Shown here in pieces: positions 56,012 to 64,000 of a stretch of 64,000 bases of DNA. Made by a program: the position numbers and the translations under genes. Position 1 is the stretch's first letter. Each line of letters starts with the position of its first letter. The stretch spans positions 288,001 to 352,000 of the forward strand of contig CAWFQK010000001.1 of NCBI GenBank assembly GCA_963817955.1, in the 5' to 3' direction. The notes beneath the pieces were generated by a model that saw nothing but the letters and a program-made list of their open reading frames with translations, ran no database searches and had not been told where the DNA came from. This DNA comes from an uncultured Gemmatimonadaceae bacterium (GTDB lineage Bacteria > Gemmatimonadota > Gemmatimonadetes > Gemmatimonadales > Gemmatimonadaceae).

Positions 56012-57724
56012 ATGGCCGTCACTTCCGCCCCCTCTCGCTCTGCCGCCGAATCGGTTAAGGCGGAGCGCACCGTTTCGCCACGTTCCGCACCGCTGGCAGC
56101 CTTCAGTGGCACGCGCCGTGTTCCGCCGCCTACGAACGAGCCGATCAAGAACTACGCGCCGGGATCGCCTGAACGCGCTGGCCTCAAGGCGCGACTCAAG
56201 GAGATGTCCGCTGAGCGTGTGGACATTCCGATCATCATCGGCGGCAAAGACATCCGGACGGGCAAGACAAAGCAGACAGTGATGCCGCACAATCACAAAC
56301 ACGTGCTCGCCGACTGGCACAAGGCGTCGAACGAACACATCCACCAAGCAGTTGACGCTGCGCGAGAGGCGCGCGCCGAATGGGGCAATTGGGCATGGGA
56401 AGATCGTGCCGCCGTGTTCCTGAAGGCCGCTGAGCTGCTCGCCACATCCGGGCGCGCGACGCTGAACGCCGCCACCATGCTCGGGCAGTCGAAGACCGCC
56501 TTCCAGGCAGAGATCGACGCAGCGTGCGAGTTGATCGATTTCTGGCGCTTCAATCCAGCCTACGCGCAGGAACTGTACGACGAACAACCGTTGTCGAACA
56601 ACACGATGTGGAACCAGCTCGACTACCGCCCGCTCGAAGGGTTCGTGTATGCGGTGACGCCGTTCAACTTCACGTCGATCGCCGGCAATCTGCCGACCGC
56701 CCCGGCGTTGATGGGCAACTCCGTCATCTGGAAGCCGGCATCGTCGGCAATGCTGTCGGCCTACTACATCATGCGCCTGCTCGAGGAAGCGGGACTCCCG
56801 CCCGGCGTCATCAATCTGGTGGCGGGCGATTCGGCGGAGATCTCGAACACGCTCCTGTCCCATCGCGAACTGGCAGGCGTGCACTTCACTGGCAGCACTG
56901 CCGTGTTCAACAGCATGTGGAAGACGATCGGCGCGAACATGTCCCATTACGCCGCGTATCCGCGCATCGTCGGCGAAACGGGCGGCAAGGACTTCATCGT
57001 CGCGCATCAGTCGGCTGATCCGCAAGCGCTTGCCGTCGCGATCGTACGCGGCGCATTCGAGTACCAGGGCCAGAAGTGCTCGGCGGCGAGTCGCGTCTAC
57101 GTGCCGCGCTCGATCTGGCGGGACGTACGCGACCGCGCCGTTGCGATGATCGAAGACATCCGCATGGGCGACGTGATGGACTTCCGCAATTTCATGGGTG
57201 CGGTGATCGACGAGAAAGCGTTCCAGAAGATCAGCGGATATCTCGATGACGCGAAGCAGAACGCGACGATCGTGGCCGGTGGTACGGCACACGGCGACGA
57301 AGGCTACTTCGTCAAGCCCACGCTCATCGAAGCGAAAGAGCCTGGCTACCGTCTGCTCTGCGAGGAGATCTTCGGTCCCGTGGTGACGGCATACGTCTAC
57401 GACGACTCGAAGTGGGACGAGACACTCAAGATCGTCGACGCGACGTCCCCGTATGCACTCACCGGTGCCGTGTTCGCCAATGATCGTAGCGCCGTGCGAG
57501 AGGCCGCGATGGCGCTGCGCAACGCTGCCGGCAATTTCTACGTCAACGACAAGCCCACTGGGGCCGTCGTCGGCCAGCAGCCGTTCGGTGGCGCCCGCGG
57601 ATCGGGCACCAACGACAAGGCCGGTTCCAAGCTCAACCTCGTCCGGTGGATCAGCGCCCGTTCGGTCAAAGAGACCTTCTCACCGCCACACGACTACAAG
57701 TATCCGTTCATGGCGGAGGAATGA
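56012..57724 (+). CDS. pruA: L-glutamate gamma-semialdehyde (P5C) dehydrogenase
   Basis: NEPIKNYAPGS, TPFNFT, FTGST, GETGGK, YQGQKCSA, EEIFGP, QQPFGG.R.SGTNDK. Confidence 0.95.
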   Translation: MAVTSAPSRSAAESVKAERTVSPRSAPLAAFSGTRRVPPPTNEPIKNYAPGSPERAGLKARLKEMSAERVDIPIIIGGKDIRTGKTKQTVMPHNHKHVLADWHKASNEHIHQAVDAAREARAEWGNWAWEDRAAVFLKAAELLATSGRATLNAATMLGQSKTAFQAEIDAACELIDFWRFNPAYAQELYDEQPLSNNTMWNQLDYRPLEGFVYAVTPFNFTSIAGNLPTAPALMGNSVIWKPASSAMLSAYYIMRLLEEAGLPPGVINLVAGDSAEISNTLLSHRELAGVHFTGSTAVFNSMWKTIGANMSHYAAYPRIVGETGGKDFIVAHQSADPQALAVAIVRGAFEYQGQKCSAASRVYVPRSIWRDVRDRAVAMIEDIRMGDVMDFRNFMGAVIDEKAFQKISGYLDDAKQNATIVAGGTAHGDEGYFVKPTLIEAKEPGYRLLCEEIFGPVVTAYVYDDSKWDETLKIVDATSPYALTGAVFANDRSAVREAAMALRNAAGNFYVNDKPTGAVVGQQPFGGARGSGTNDKAGSKLNLVRWISARSVKETFSPPHDYKYPFMAEE

Positions 57725-57742
57725 GGTCCAGCGTTTAGGACC

Positions 57743-58744
57743 ATGTTGATCCTCTCCCAAGCTGACGTCGAATCGCTGCTGCCGTTGTCCGCATGCATCG
57801 ACGTGATGGCCTCGACGCTGGCCGCGCTGGCACGCGGCGAGGCCATCTTGCCGTTGCGAACGGTCATTCGCATTCCGCAATCGAGTGATGCGTTCGCGGT
57901 GATGCCGGCGTTCCTCGCCACGCCGAAGACCATCGGCGCCAAGATCATCACGGTATACCCAGGGAATCATGGCACGGCGTTCGATTCGCATCAGGGCGCC
58001 GTGCTGCTATTCGATCCGGAGAATGGATCGCTCGTTGGGTTGCTCGACGCTACAGCGATTACCACCGTGCGCACGGCGGCGGTATCGGCAGTCGCTACCC
58101 GCGCGTTGGCGCACGAGCATGCTTCCACGCTCGCCATCATCGGGGCCGGTGTGCAGGCCCATGCCCATCTCGAGGCGATGTGCGCGGTCCGGCCCATTAC
58201 GTCGCTACGCATCTGGAGCCGCAATGGCCTGCACGCACAGGCGCTCGCCACCGCGGCGCGGGACCGCTTCGACATTCGCGCCGACACATTCGACACAGGG
58301 GCTGGAGCGGTTGATGGTGCGGACATCATCTGCACCACCACGTCGTCTGTCGAGCCGGTCCTCTGCGGCGACTGGCTCACGCCGGGAACGCACATCAATG
58401 CCGTCGGCGCCTGTACGCCAAACGCCCGCGAGCTCGACACCAACGCGGTCGTGCGTTCGCGCCTGTACGTCGACCGGCGCGAATCGGCACTCAAGGAGCC
58501 AGGGGACATCGTTACACCGCTGCAGCACGGCGCCATCGGTCCGGAGCATATCGTTGGCGAACTGGGCGAGCTGTTGATTGGTCGCGCGCCGGGCCGGTGC
58601 GAGGCAGCCGAGGTGACACTGTTCAAGTCACTTGGCCTTGCCATTGAAGATCTGGCTGCTGCGTCGTACGTACAGGCAGAGGCCGAGCGGCTGGGTGTCG
58701 GCATACGAGTACACCTGGGAGGGGCAAGGCATGCGGCGCATTGA
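57743..58744 (+). CDS. Ornithine cyclodeaminase / mu-crystallin family protein
   Basis: AKIITVYPGN, ITTVRTAAVS, IGAGVQA, HINAVG, FKSLGLAIED. Confidence 0.9.
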   Translation: MLILSQADVESLLPLSACIDVMASTLAALARGEAILPLRTVIRIPQSSDAFAVMPAFLATPKTIGAKIITVYPGNHGTAFDSHQGAVLLFDPENGSLVGLLDATAITTVRTAAVSAVATRALAHEHASTLAIIGAGVQAHAHLEAMCAVRPITSLRIWSRNGLHAQALATAARDRFDIRADTFDTGAGAVDGADIICTTTSSVEPVLCGDWLTPGTHINAVGACTPNARELDTNAVVRSRLYVDRRESALKEPGDIVTPLQHGAIGPEHIVGELGELLIGRAPGRCEAAEVTLFKSLGLAIEDLAAASYVQAEAERLGVGIRVHLGGARHAAH

Positions 58745-59678
58745 ACCATTGACGATCGATGATATATGTGCCGCGCGCGAGCGGATTTCGTCCTCCGTGC
58801 TGCGCACGCCACTCGTGCGGCTCGAGGTAGACGCACCGGCGGAGATATACCTCAAACTCGAAACCTTACAGCCAATCGGGTCGTTCAAGCTGCGCGGCGC
58901 GATGAACGCCATTCGTCAGCTATCACCAGAGGCACTGCGGCGGGGCGTCTACACGGCAAGCGCCGGCAATATGGCGCAGGGGGTAGCGTGGGGAGCACGC
59001 ACGCTCGGCATCGCCTGCGCCGTCGTCATGCCGGATAGTGCGCCGCGCACCAAGCTCGACGCCGTAAAGCGGCTCGGTGCAGAGATCGTGCAATTGCCAT
59101 ACGACGAGTGGTGGCAGACTCTATCCGATCACGGTCGAGCCGGGATGCCAGGCACGTTCATCCATCCGGTCGCGGACCGCGCGGTGATGGCGGGGAATGG
59201 CACGATCGGGCTGGAGATCATGGAGGATCTTCCCGACGTGGATGCTGTTCTCGTTCCGTTCGGCGGCGGCGGACTGGCGACAGGCATTGCCGCCGCGGTG
59301 CACGCACGCTCGCCGCGGGCGAAGGTCTATGGCTGCGAGGTGGCGACGGCGGCCCCGCTCACCGCCGCGCTCGCCGCGGGGCGGCCGGTTCAGATAGACC
59401 GGGAGCCCAGCTTCGTGGATGGGATTGGCGGTCGTGGCGTGCTCGCTGAAATGTGGCCGTTGGTCGAATTGCTCGACGGAGCATTGGTGGCGTCGCTCGA
59501 CGAGGTCGCCGACGCGGTGCGGCTGCTCGTGCAGCGCGCGCGTGTCGTTGCCGAAGGGGCAGGTGCAACGCCGGTGGCCTCGGCGCTCGCAGGCCGCGCT
59601 GGCAGCGGGCGAATCGCGTGTGTCGTCTCCGGCGGGAACATCGACATCACGACCCTCGTCACGTTGCTCCAGCATTGA
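58731..59678 (+). CDS. PLP-dependent threonine/serine dehydratase family protein
   Basis: LKLETLQPIGSFKLRGA, ASAGN, PFGGGGL, VVSGGN. Confidence 0.9.
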   Translation: MRRIEPLTIDDICAARERISSSVLRTPLVRLEVDAPAEIYLKLETLQPIGSFKLRGAMNAIRQLSPEALRRGVYTASAGNMAQGVAWGARTLGIACAVVMPDSAPRTKLDAVKRLGAEIVQLPYDEWWQTLSDHGRAGMPGTFIHPVADRAVMAGNGTIGLEIMEDLPDVDAVLVPFGGGGLATGIAAAVHARSPRAKVYGCEVATAAPLTAALAAGRPVQIDREPSFVDGIGGRGVLAEMWPLVELLDGALVASLDEVADAVRLLVQRARVVAEGAGATPVASALAGRAGSGRIACVVSGGNIDITTLVTLLQH

Positions 59679-59801
59679 GGCAACGACCTCCTCGCACCGC
59701 GCGATCCTGCAGCGTGTCCGTTCCGAACGATGCTGGCACCCAAAGTGCCTTTGGTGATTGCGCGATGGCGGGGCGTAGGCGACTGGAGGCGGGCAAAATC
59801 A

Positions 59802-60068
59802 ATGCGGACACTCACTGATTCCACGGGCGTCACCTGGACAGTTTTCGAAGTAAAACGACAGGGAACTGAGGTCCAGTGGTCGTATCTCCCGGAGGAGTTC
59901 GGCGAGGGATGGCTGTGCTTCGAGTCCGCTGTGACCAAGCGACGGCTCACGCCAATTCCAATTCGGTGGCGCGAGCTCAGCGACGAGGAACTCGAGCGTA
60001 TGCTGCAGCGGGCGCAGATAGCAAACCGTCCCAATCGCGATAGCGCGGATCGACCGACAGCGGGCTAG
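59802..60068 (+). CDS. Small conserved-looking hypothetical protein
   Basis: GGAGG RBS; MRTLTDSTGVTWTVFEV...GWLCFES..KRRLTPIP..W.ELSDEELERML. Confidence 0.75.
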   Translation: MRTLTDSTGVTWTVFEVKRQGTEVQWSYLPEEFGEGWLCFESAVTKRRLTPIPIRWRELSDEELERMLQRAQIANRPNRDSADRPTAG

Positions 60069-60140
60069 GCGCCGTGGGGCGTGGCTTGACCTGAAATCGT
60101 TACCAGTCGATCAGGATCAGCATCGCTACATTCTTCTCCC

Positions 60141-61049
60141 ATGAACGCTCGCTACCTCACCGCCGACGTCTTCACAGATCAGAGATTCGGGGGCAACCAG
60201 CTCGCGGTCTTTCCAGACGCCCGAGAAATCGCTCCAGAGCTCATGCCACGGATCGCACGAGAGTTCAACTACTCCGAGACGACGTTCGTGCTGCCGCCTG
60301 ACGACCCCAGCCATCTGGCGCGCGTGCGCATCTTCACTCCGGGTGGTGAGCTGCAATTCGCGGGACATCCAACGGTCGGCACGGCGCACGTGCTGGCTGC
60401 AATCGGCGCATTCCCGCTCATCGGCCCCGAGACGAAGATCGTGCTCGAGGAAGGTGTGGGGCCCGTACCCGTTACGGTTCGATCCGAACACGGCCGGCCG
60501 GTGTTCGCCCAGCTCACTGCGGCCATGCTGCCGGAAGTGGGCCCTCCGCCGCCGTCGGCCGCTGATCTGGCAGGGATGCTCTCGTTAGCCAACGCCGAGG
60601 TGCTAGACAGCGAGATGTCACCAGAGTCCGTGTCCTGTGGAACCCCGTTTCTTTTCGTGCCGTTGCGCAATCGCGCCGCGGTTGCGCGCGCGCGCCTGAA
60701 GCTCGATCTGTGGGAATCCCTGCTCGGGAGCTACCTCACGAACCACGTGTTCGTGTTTGCGATGGAGGGCGAGCGGGCCGGTTCGCACGTGCGTGCACGC
60801 ATGTTTGCGCCGGGGATCGGCGTGCCAGAGGATCCTGCCACGGGCAGCGCGTGCGTCGCGCTCGGCGGTTACCTCGCTACACGGGACGCGCGGGCCAACG
60901 GCACACTCCGTTGGATGGTCGAGCAGGGATTCGAGATGGGACGGCCCAGCATTCTCGAAGTCGAAGCAGACAAGCATCAGGGTAAGGTCACGGCAGCGCG
61001 CGTTGGCGGGCAGACACAACTCGTCTGCGACGGCGTGATGTCGCTGTAG
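60141..61049 (+). CDS. PhzF family isomerase/epimerase
   Basis: DVFT...GGNQLAV, NYSETTF, RIFTP..EL.FAGHPT, EDPATGSA, QGFEMGRPS. Confidence 0.92.
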   Translation: MNARYLTADVFTDQRFGGNQLAVFPDAREIAPELMPRIAREFNYSETTFVLPPDDPSHLARVRIFTPGGELQFAGHPTVGTAHVLAAIGAFPLIGPETKIVLEEGVGPVPVTVRSEHGRPVFAQLTAAMLPEVGPPPPSAADLAGMLSLANAEVLDSEMSPESVSCGTPFLFVPLRNRAAVARARLKLDLWESLLGSYLTNHVFVFAMEGERAGSHVRARMFAPGIGVPEDPATGSACVALGGYLATRDARANGTLRWMVEQGFEMGRPSILEVEADKHQGKVTAARVGGQTQLVCDGVMSL

Positions 61050-61060
61050 ACGCGACAACA

Positions 61061-61804
61061 ATGACGATCGAGTCGGAGTCCGACCTCCAGGGCATGCGCG
61101 CCGCAGGAAAACTCGTCGCACGCGCGCTCCGTGAGATGCGTTCAGCGGCGCGCGCTGGGATGACGACGGAGCAACTGGATGACATCGGCGCCGCATTCCT
61201 CCGGCGGCATGGCGCGCGATCGGCTCCGCAGCTCACGTACGATTTTCCGGGTTTCAACTGCATCAGCGTGAACGATGAAGTCGTGCACGGCGTGCCGGGC
61301 TCGCGCGTGCTGCGGCCTGGGGACGTCTTGAAGATCGACGTCACCGTGGAGCTCGACGGCTACATCGCCGACGCGGCGATCACGGTGGTGCTGCCGCCCG
61401 TGAGCGCTGAGGCGCGCGATCTGGTGCTGTGCGCCGAAGCAGCTTTCGCCAGGGCACTCCACGTGGCTGAGGTGCAGGTGCGGATCGCGGAACTTGGCCG
61501 CGCGGTGGAGGGCGAAGTGGAGCGTTGGGGCCGTTCCGTCATCTATGACCTGTGCGGCCATGGCGTTGGTCGCGCACTGCACGAGCCGCCCACGGTGCCA
61601 AACTTTTTCAGCCCGTTCACTCCCGGGCGGCTTCAGAATGGGCTCGTGATTGCGCTGGAGCCGATCATCAGCCAGTCACCATCTACCGTCTACGAGGACG
61701 ACGACGGCTGGACCATGCGTACGACGACCGGATGCCTGGCCGCGCATTACGAGCACACAATCATCATCCGCGACTGTCGGCCGGAAATCCTCACCGCCGC
61801 GTAA
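61061..61804 (+). CDS. map: Type I methionine aminopeptidase
   Basis: CISVNDEVVHGVP, D..VELDGYIAD, GHGVG..LHEPP, ALEP, AHYEHT. Confidence 0.93.
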   Translation: MTIESESDLQGMRAAGKLVARALREMRSAARAGMTTEQLDDIGAAFLRRHGARSAPQLTYDFPGFNCISVNDEVVHGVPGSRVLRPGDVLKIDVTVELDGYIADAAITVVLPPVSAEARDLVLCAEAAFARALHVAEVQVRIAELGRAVEGEVERWGRSVIYDLCGHGVGRALHEPPTVPNFFSPFTPGRLQNGLVIALEPIISQSPSTVYEDDDGWTMRTTTGCLAAHYEHTIIIRDCRPEILTAA

Positions 61805-61899
61805 TCGTCAGGTCACATCGTTGAGACTGCGGGAAGCTCCGGCGTCGGCTACGAGGCCATGCCGAATTCCGCCGCGGCCAAGAGCTTCCCGTCCCGACC

Positions 61900-62151
61900 T
61901 CAGGACTTGCTCCTTCGGCTGCTGCTTCCGCTGTGGCTGCGCTTGCCGCCCTTTCGAGCCGACGTGTGGCTGGATGCCTTGCCACGGCCGGAACCGGACT
62001 TCTTGCCGCCTTGGTCCTGCTTGTTCACGGTTGCCCAAGCGCGCCGCGCCGCCTCCTTCTCGTTCACACCACGATCCTCGTAGCCCTCTTCGATGTGTTG
62101 CGCCTCGCGTTTCTGTTTGCTCGAGTAAGAGCTCTTGTCGCCTTTTGGCAT
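61900..62151 (-). CDS. Small basic protein (MPxGDKSxY type, often annotated plasmid-stabilisation/stress protein)
   Basis: MPKGDKSSYSSKQKREAQHIEEGYE.RG...KEAARRAWATVNK; GGGAGG RBS. Confidence 0.8.
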   Translation of the reverse strand: MPKGDKSSYSSKQKREAQHIEEGYEDRGVNEKEAARRAWATVNKQDQGGKKSGSGRGKASSHTSARKGGKRSHSGSSSRRSKS

Positions 62152-62310
62152 ACGACCCTCCCTATACGATGAAGCGTCCGTGATCCGTCAGCCGCTTCGC
62201 AGATAGCATGCCTTTGGATGCGGGAATGACGACGGCCGGCGAGTGCCATTGACTCCCTCGCGTCACGCGCGGAGTTTCCTCGAACCTTCACGCTGTCGGA
62301 GTTCCTGTCG

Positions 62311-64000
62311 ATGCTCGCACTATCGGCGATTGCCGCACTGATCTTCCAAGCCACCGTTACATCGCCCAACCCTGCCCCGCCCACCGCCGGCGCACGAAAC
62401 CCCGCGTACGCGCCCGATGGGCGTCTCGCCGTAAGTGTCGAGGGCGATCTCTGGGTCATTTCGACCCGAGGCACGTGGAGTCGACTCACCGCCGGCCCGG
62501 CATGGGACCGCGAGCCGACATGGACACCGGACGGATCGGCGATCGTTTACTCATCAGACCGCGCCGGGAGCTTTGCTCTATGGCGGGTATCCGTCACGGC
62601 AAACGGCGTTGCGGGCGACCCGGAGCGCGTAACGACATCGTCACTGCCGGACGGACAACCGGCGGTCGCGAGCGACGGACGCATCATCTTCGTTCGAGGA
62701 CGGCTCGGCGCAGCGGCCCTATGGGTCCGGCAGCCCAACGGTGTGGAATCGCGCCTGACGAGCGACGGCGCGGTGGAGCAGTGGCCCGCGGTGTCGCGTG
62801 ATGGATTACGAGTTGCGTACGTCTCCATGGCCGATGGAACGCGTAAGCTGCACGTCCGCACGCTGAACTCCGGGCGAGATACCGTCGTGCTCACGGATGC
62901 CCGGTTGGAGCATCCCGCGTGGGCGCCAGCGGGTGATCGCCTCTCCTGGACCGCCACGGGCGGGCGCGGGCCGGTGTACGTCACACCGCTGGACGGCCGC
63001 TACGTGAATCTCGTGAGCATGCGTCACGCGGAATCCGCCTGGAGTCCTGATGGCAAAACACTCGCGCTCGCCGACATCCCGGCCACAGATGCCATTCCGC
63101 CAGTCAGCTACAATGGCGATCCGGATCGCACCGGCGATCGCGAGGCGAATTCGCTCGCGATGTCGAACGGACGGTTGTGGACCGTCGACGCACCGACGGC
63201 TCCCGACCAGCAGCTCGTGGTACAAACGGGCAGGCCAGCGGCCAGCGATCGCGCGCGCCACAACGCTGATGCCTTCGATCAATTGTGGGACCGGACGGCG
63301 GCGCTGTACTACGCCACGCCCGACGCCGCCTCTCGACGCGCGCAGTGGGAGATTCTGAAAACTCGCTTCCGCCCGCGCGCGCTTGCCGCGACGAGCGACG
63401 ACGAGCTCAAGTCAGTGCTGCACGACATGTTGCGCGAACATCCGCCCTATCGGCAATCGGCGACCGGTCGCGCCGCTGTCTCGAGCGCCCATCCTGTCGC
63501 CACAGCGGCGGGAGTCGAGATGCTCGCCAAGGGCGGCAACGTCGTCGACGCCGCCGTCGCCGTATCGTTCGCGCTCGGGGTCGTCGAGCCTGACGCGAGC
63601 GGCCCTGGCGGATACGGTCAGCTGTTGGTGTACCAGAAGGGCATGGAGCGGCCGCAGCTCATCGAGTTCATGTCGCGCGTGCCGGAAGACGCAGGGCTCG
63701 CCAATACGTCGCTCCTCCAGAATGGACGGTTATCCGATGGTGGCCCGTCCGTCGTAAACGTGCCCGGCACAGTCGCGGCCATGTACCTGGCCTGGCAGAA
63801 GTTCGGCAGCAAGAAGCTCACGTGGGCCGATTTGCTCCAACCAGCCATCCGCGCGGCGCGCAATGGGTATGTCGTCAGCGAGGGCCTGGCGACGACCCTT
63901 GCCACGGAGCGTGATCAATTCATGAAGTACGAGGGAAGCCGAGCGTTGTTCTTGCGTGGCGGCCGGCCGTTGCACGCCGGCGATACGCTGAAGAATCCGG
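62311..64000 (+). CDS. ggt: Partial secreted PD40 beta-propeller / tricorn-C1-like / gamma-glutamyltransferase fusion
   Basis: Manual translation, open to the window end: signal peptide; PAYAPDG, PTWTPDG, PAVSRDG, PAWAPAG, SAWSPDG repeats; then VSSAHPVATAAGVEMLAKGGNVVDAAVAVSFALGVVEP.ASGPGG and VPGTV GGT motifs. Confidence 0.85.
   Translation, partial: MLALSAIAALIFQATVTSPNPAPPTAGARNPAYAPDGRLAVSVEGDLWVISTRGTWSRLTAGPAWDREPTWTPDGSAIVYSSDRAGSFALWRVSVTANGVAGDPERVTTSSLPDGQPAVASDGRIIFVRGRLGAAALWVRQPNGVESRLTSDGAVEQWPAVSRDGLRVAYVSMADGTRKLHVRTLNSGRDTVVLTDARLEHPAWAPAGDRLSWTATGGRGPVYVTPLDGRYVNLVSMRHAESAWSPDGKTLALADIPATDAIPPVSYNGDPDRTGDREANSLAMSNGRLWTVDAPTAPDQQLVVQTGRPAASDRARHNADAFDQLWDRTAALYYATPDAASRRAQWEILKTRFRPRALAATSDDELKSVLHDMLREHPPYRQSATGRAAVSSAHPVATAAGVEMLAKGGNVVDAAVAVSFALGVVEPDASGPGGYGQLLVYQKGMERPQLIEFMSRVPEDAGLANTSLLQNGRLSDGGPSVVNVPGTVAAMYLAWQKFGSKKLTWADLLQPAIRAARNGYVVSEGLATTLATERDQFMKYEGSRALFLRGGRPLHAGDTLKNP

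Noticed and set aside
60141..61049. Phenazine biosynthesis cluster
   Set aside because: PhzF is alone, with no phzA/B/D/E/G.

Overview
GC-rich bacterial chromosomal segment of about 55 genes. Gemmatimonadota is the likely source; this is an inference from the lineage-style small proteins, Oar-like and VPS10-like exported proteins with GGRGG inserts, and the SWIB/H1-like protein. I saw no rRNA, tRNA, CRISPR array, transposase or prophage. Most of the content is envelope and catabolic: ABC transporters, M16/M28/S9 peptidases, GH3/GH29, GT9/GT39, TsdA, a PruA-OCD-dehydratase-PhzF-Map cluster and LepB. Five observations stand out. (1) A KdpD/KdpE-like two-component pair with no kdpFABC nearby is followed directly by an 11-bp-periodic direct repeat, a -10 box, a ~180-nt two-hairpin RNA with complementary C-rich and G-rich loops, and an intrinsic terminator, suggesting a two-component-controlled sRNA. 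(2) An ECF sigma/FecR/TonB-receptor locus carries a repeated promoter-like motif (GGGT[AG]-N13-GTGTC) that also precedes a lipoprotein-Rieske pair and a structured leader upstream of an orphan groES and a bacilliredoxin. (3) A secreted protein fuses a PD40 propeller and a tricorn-C1-like domain to a gamma-glutamyltransferase. (4) A ~1.06-kb non-coding element has long inverted termini and an internal 20-21-bp tandem array. (5) Two genes are split by single-base frameshifts, which could be real or assembly errors.
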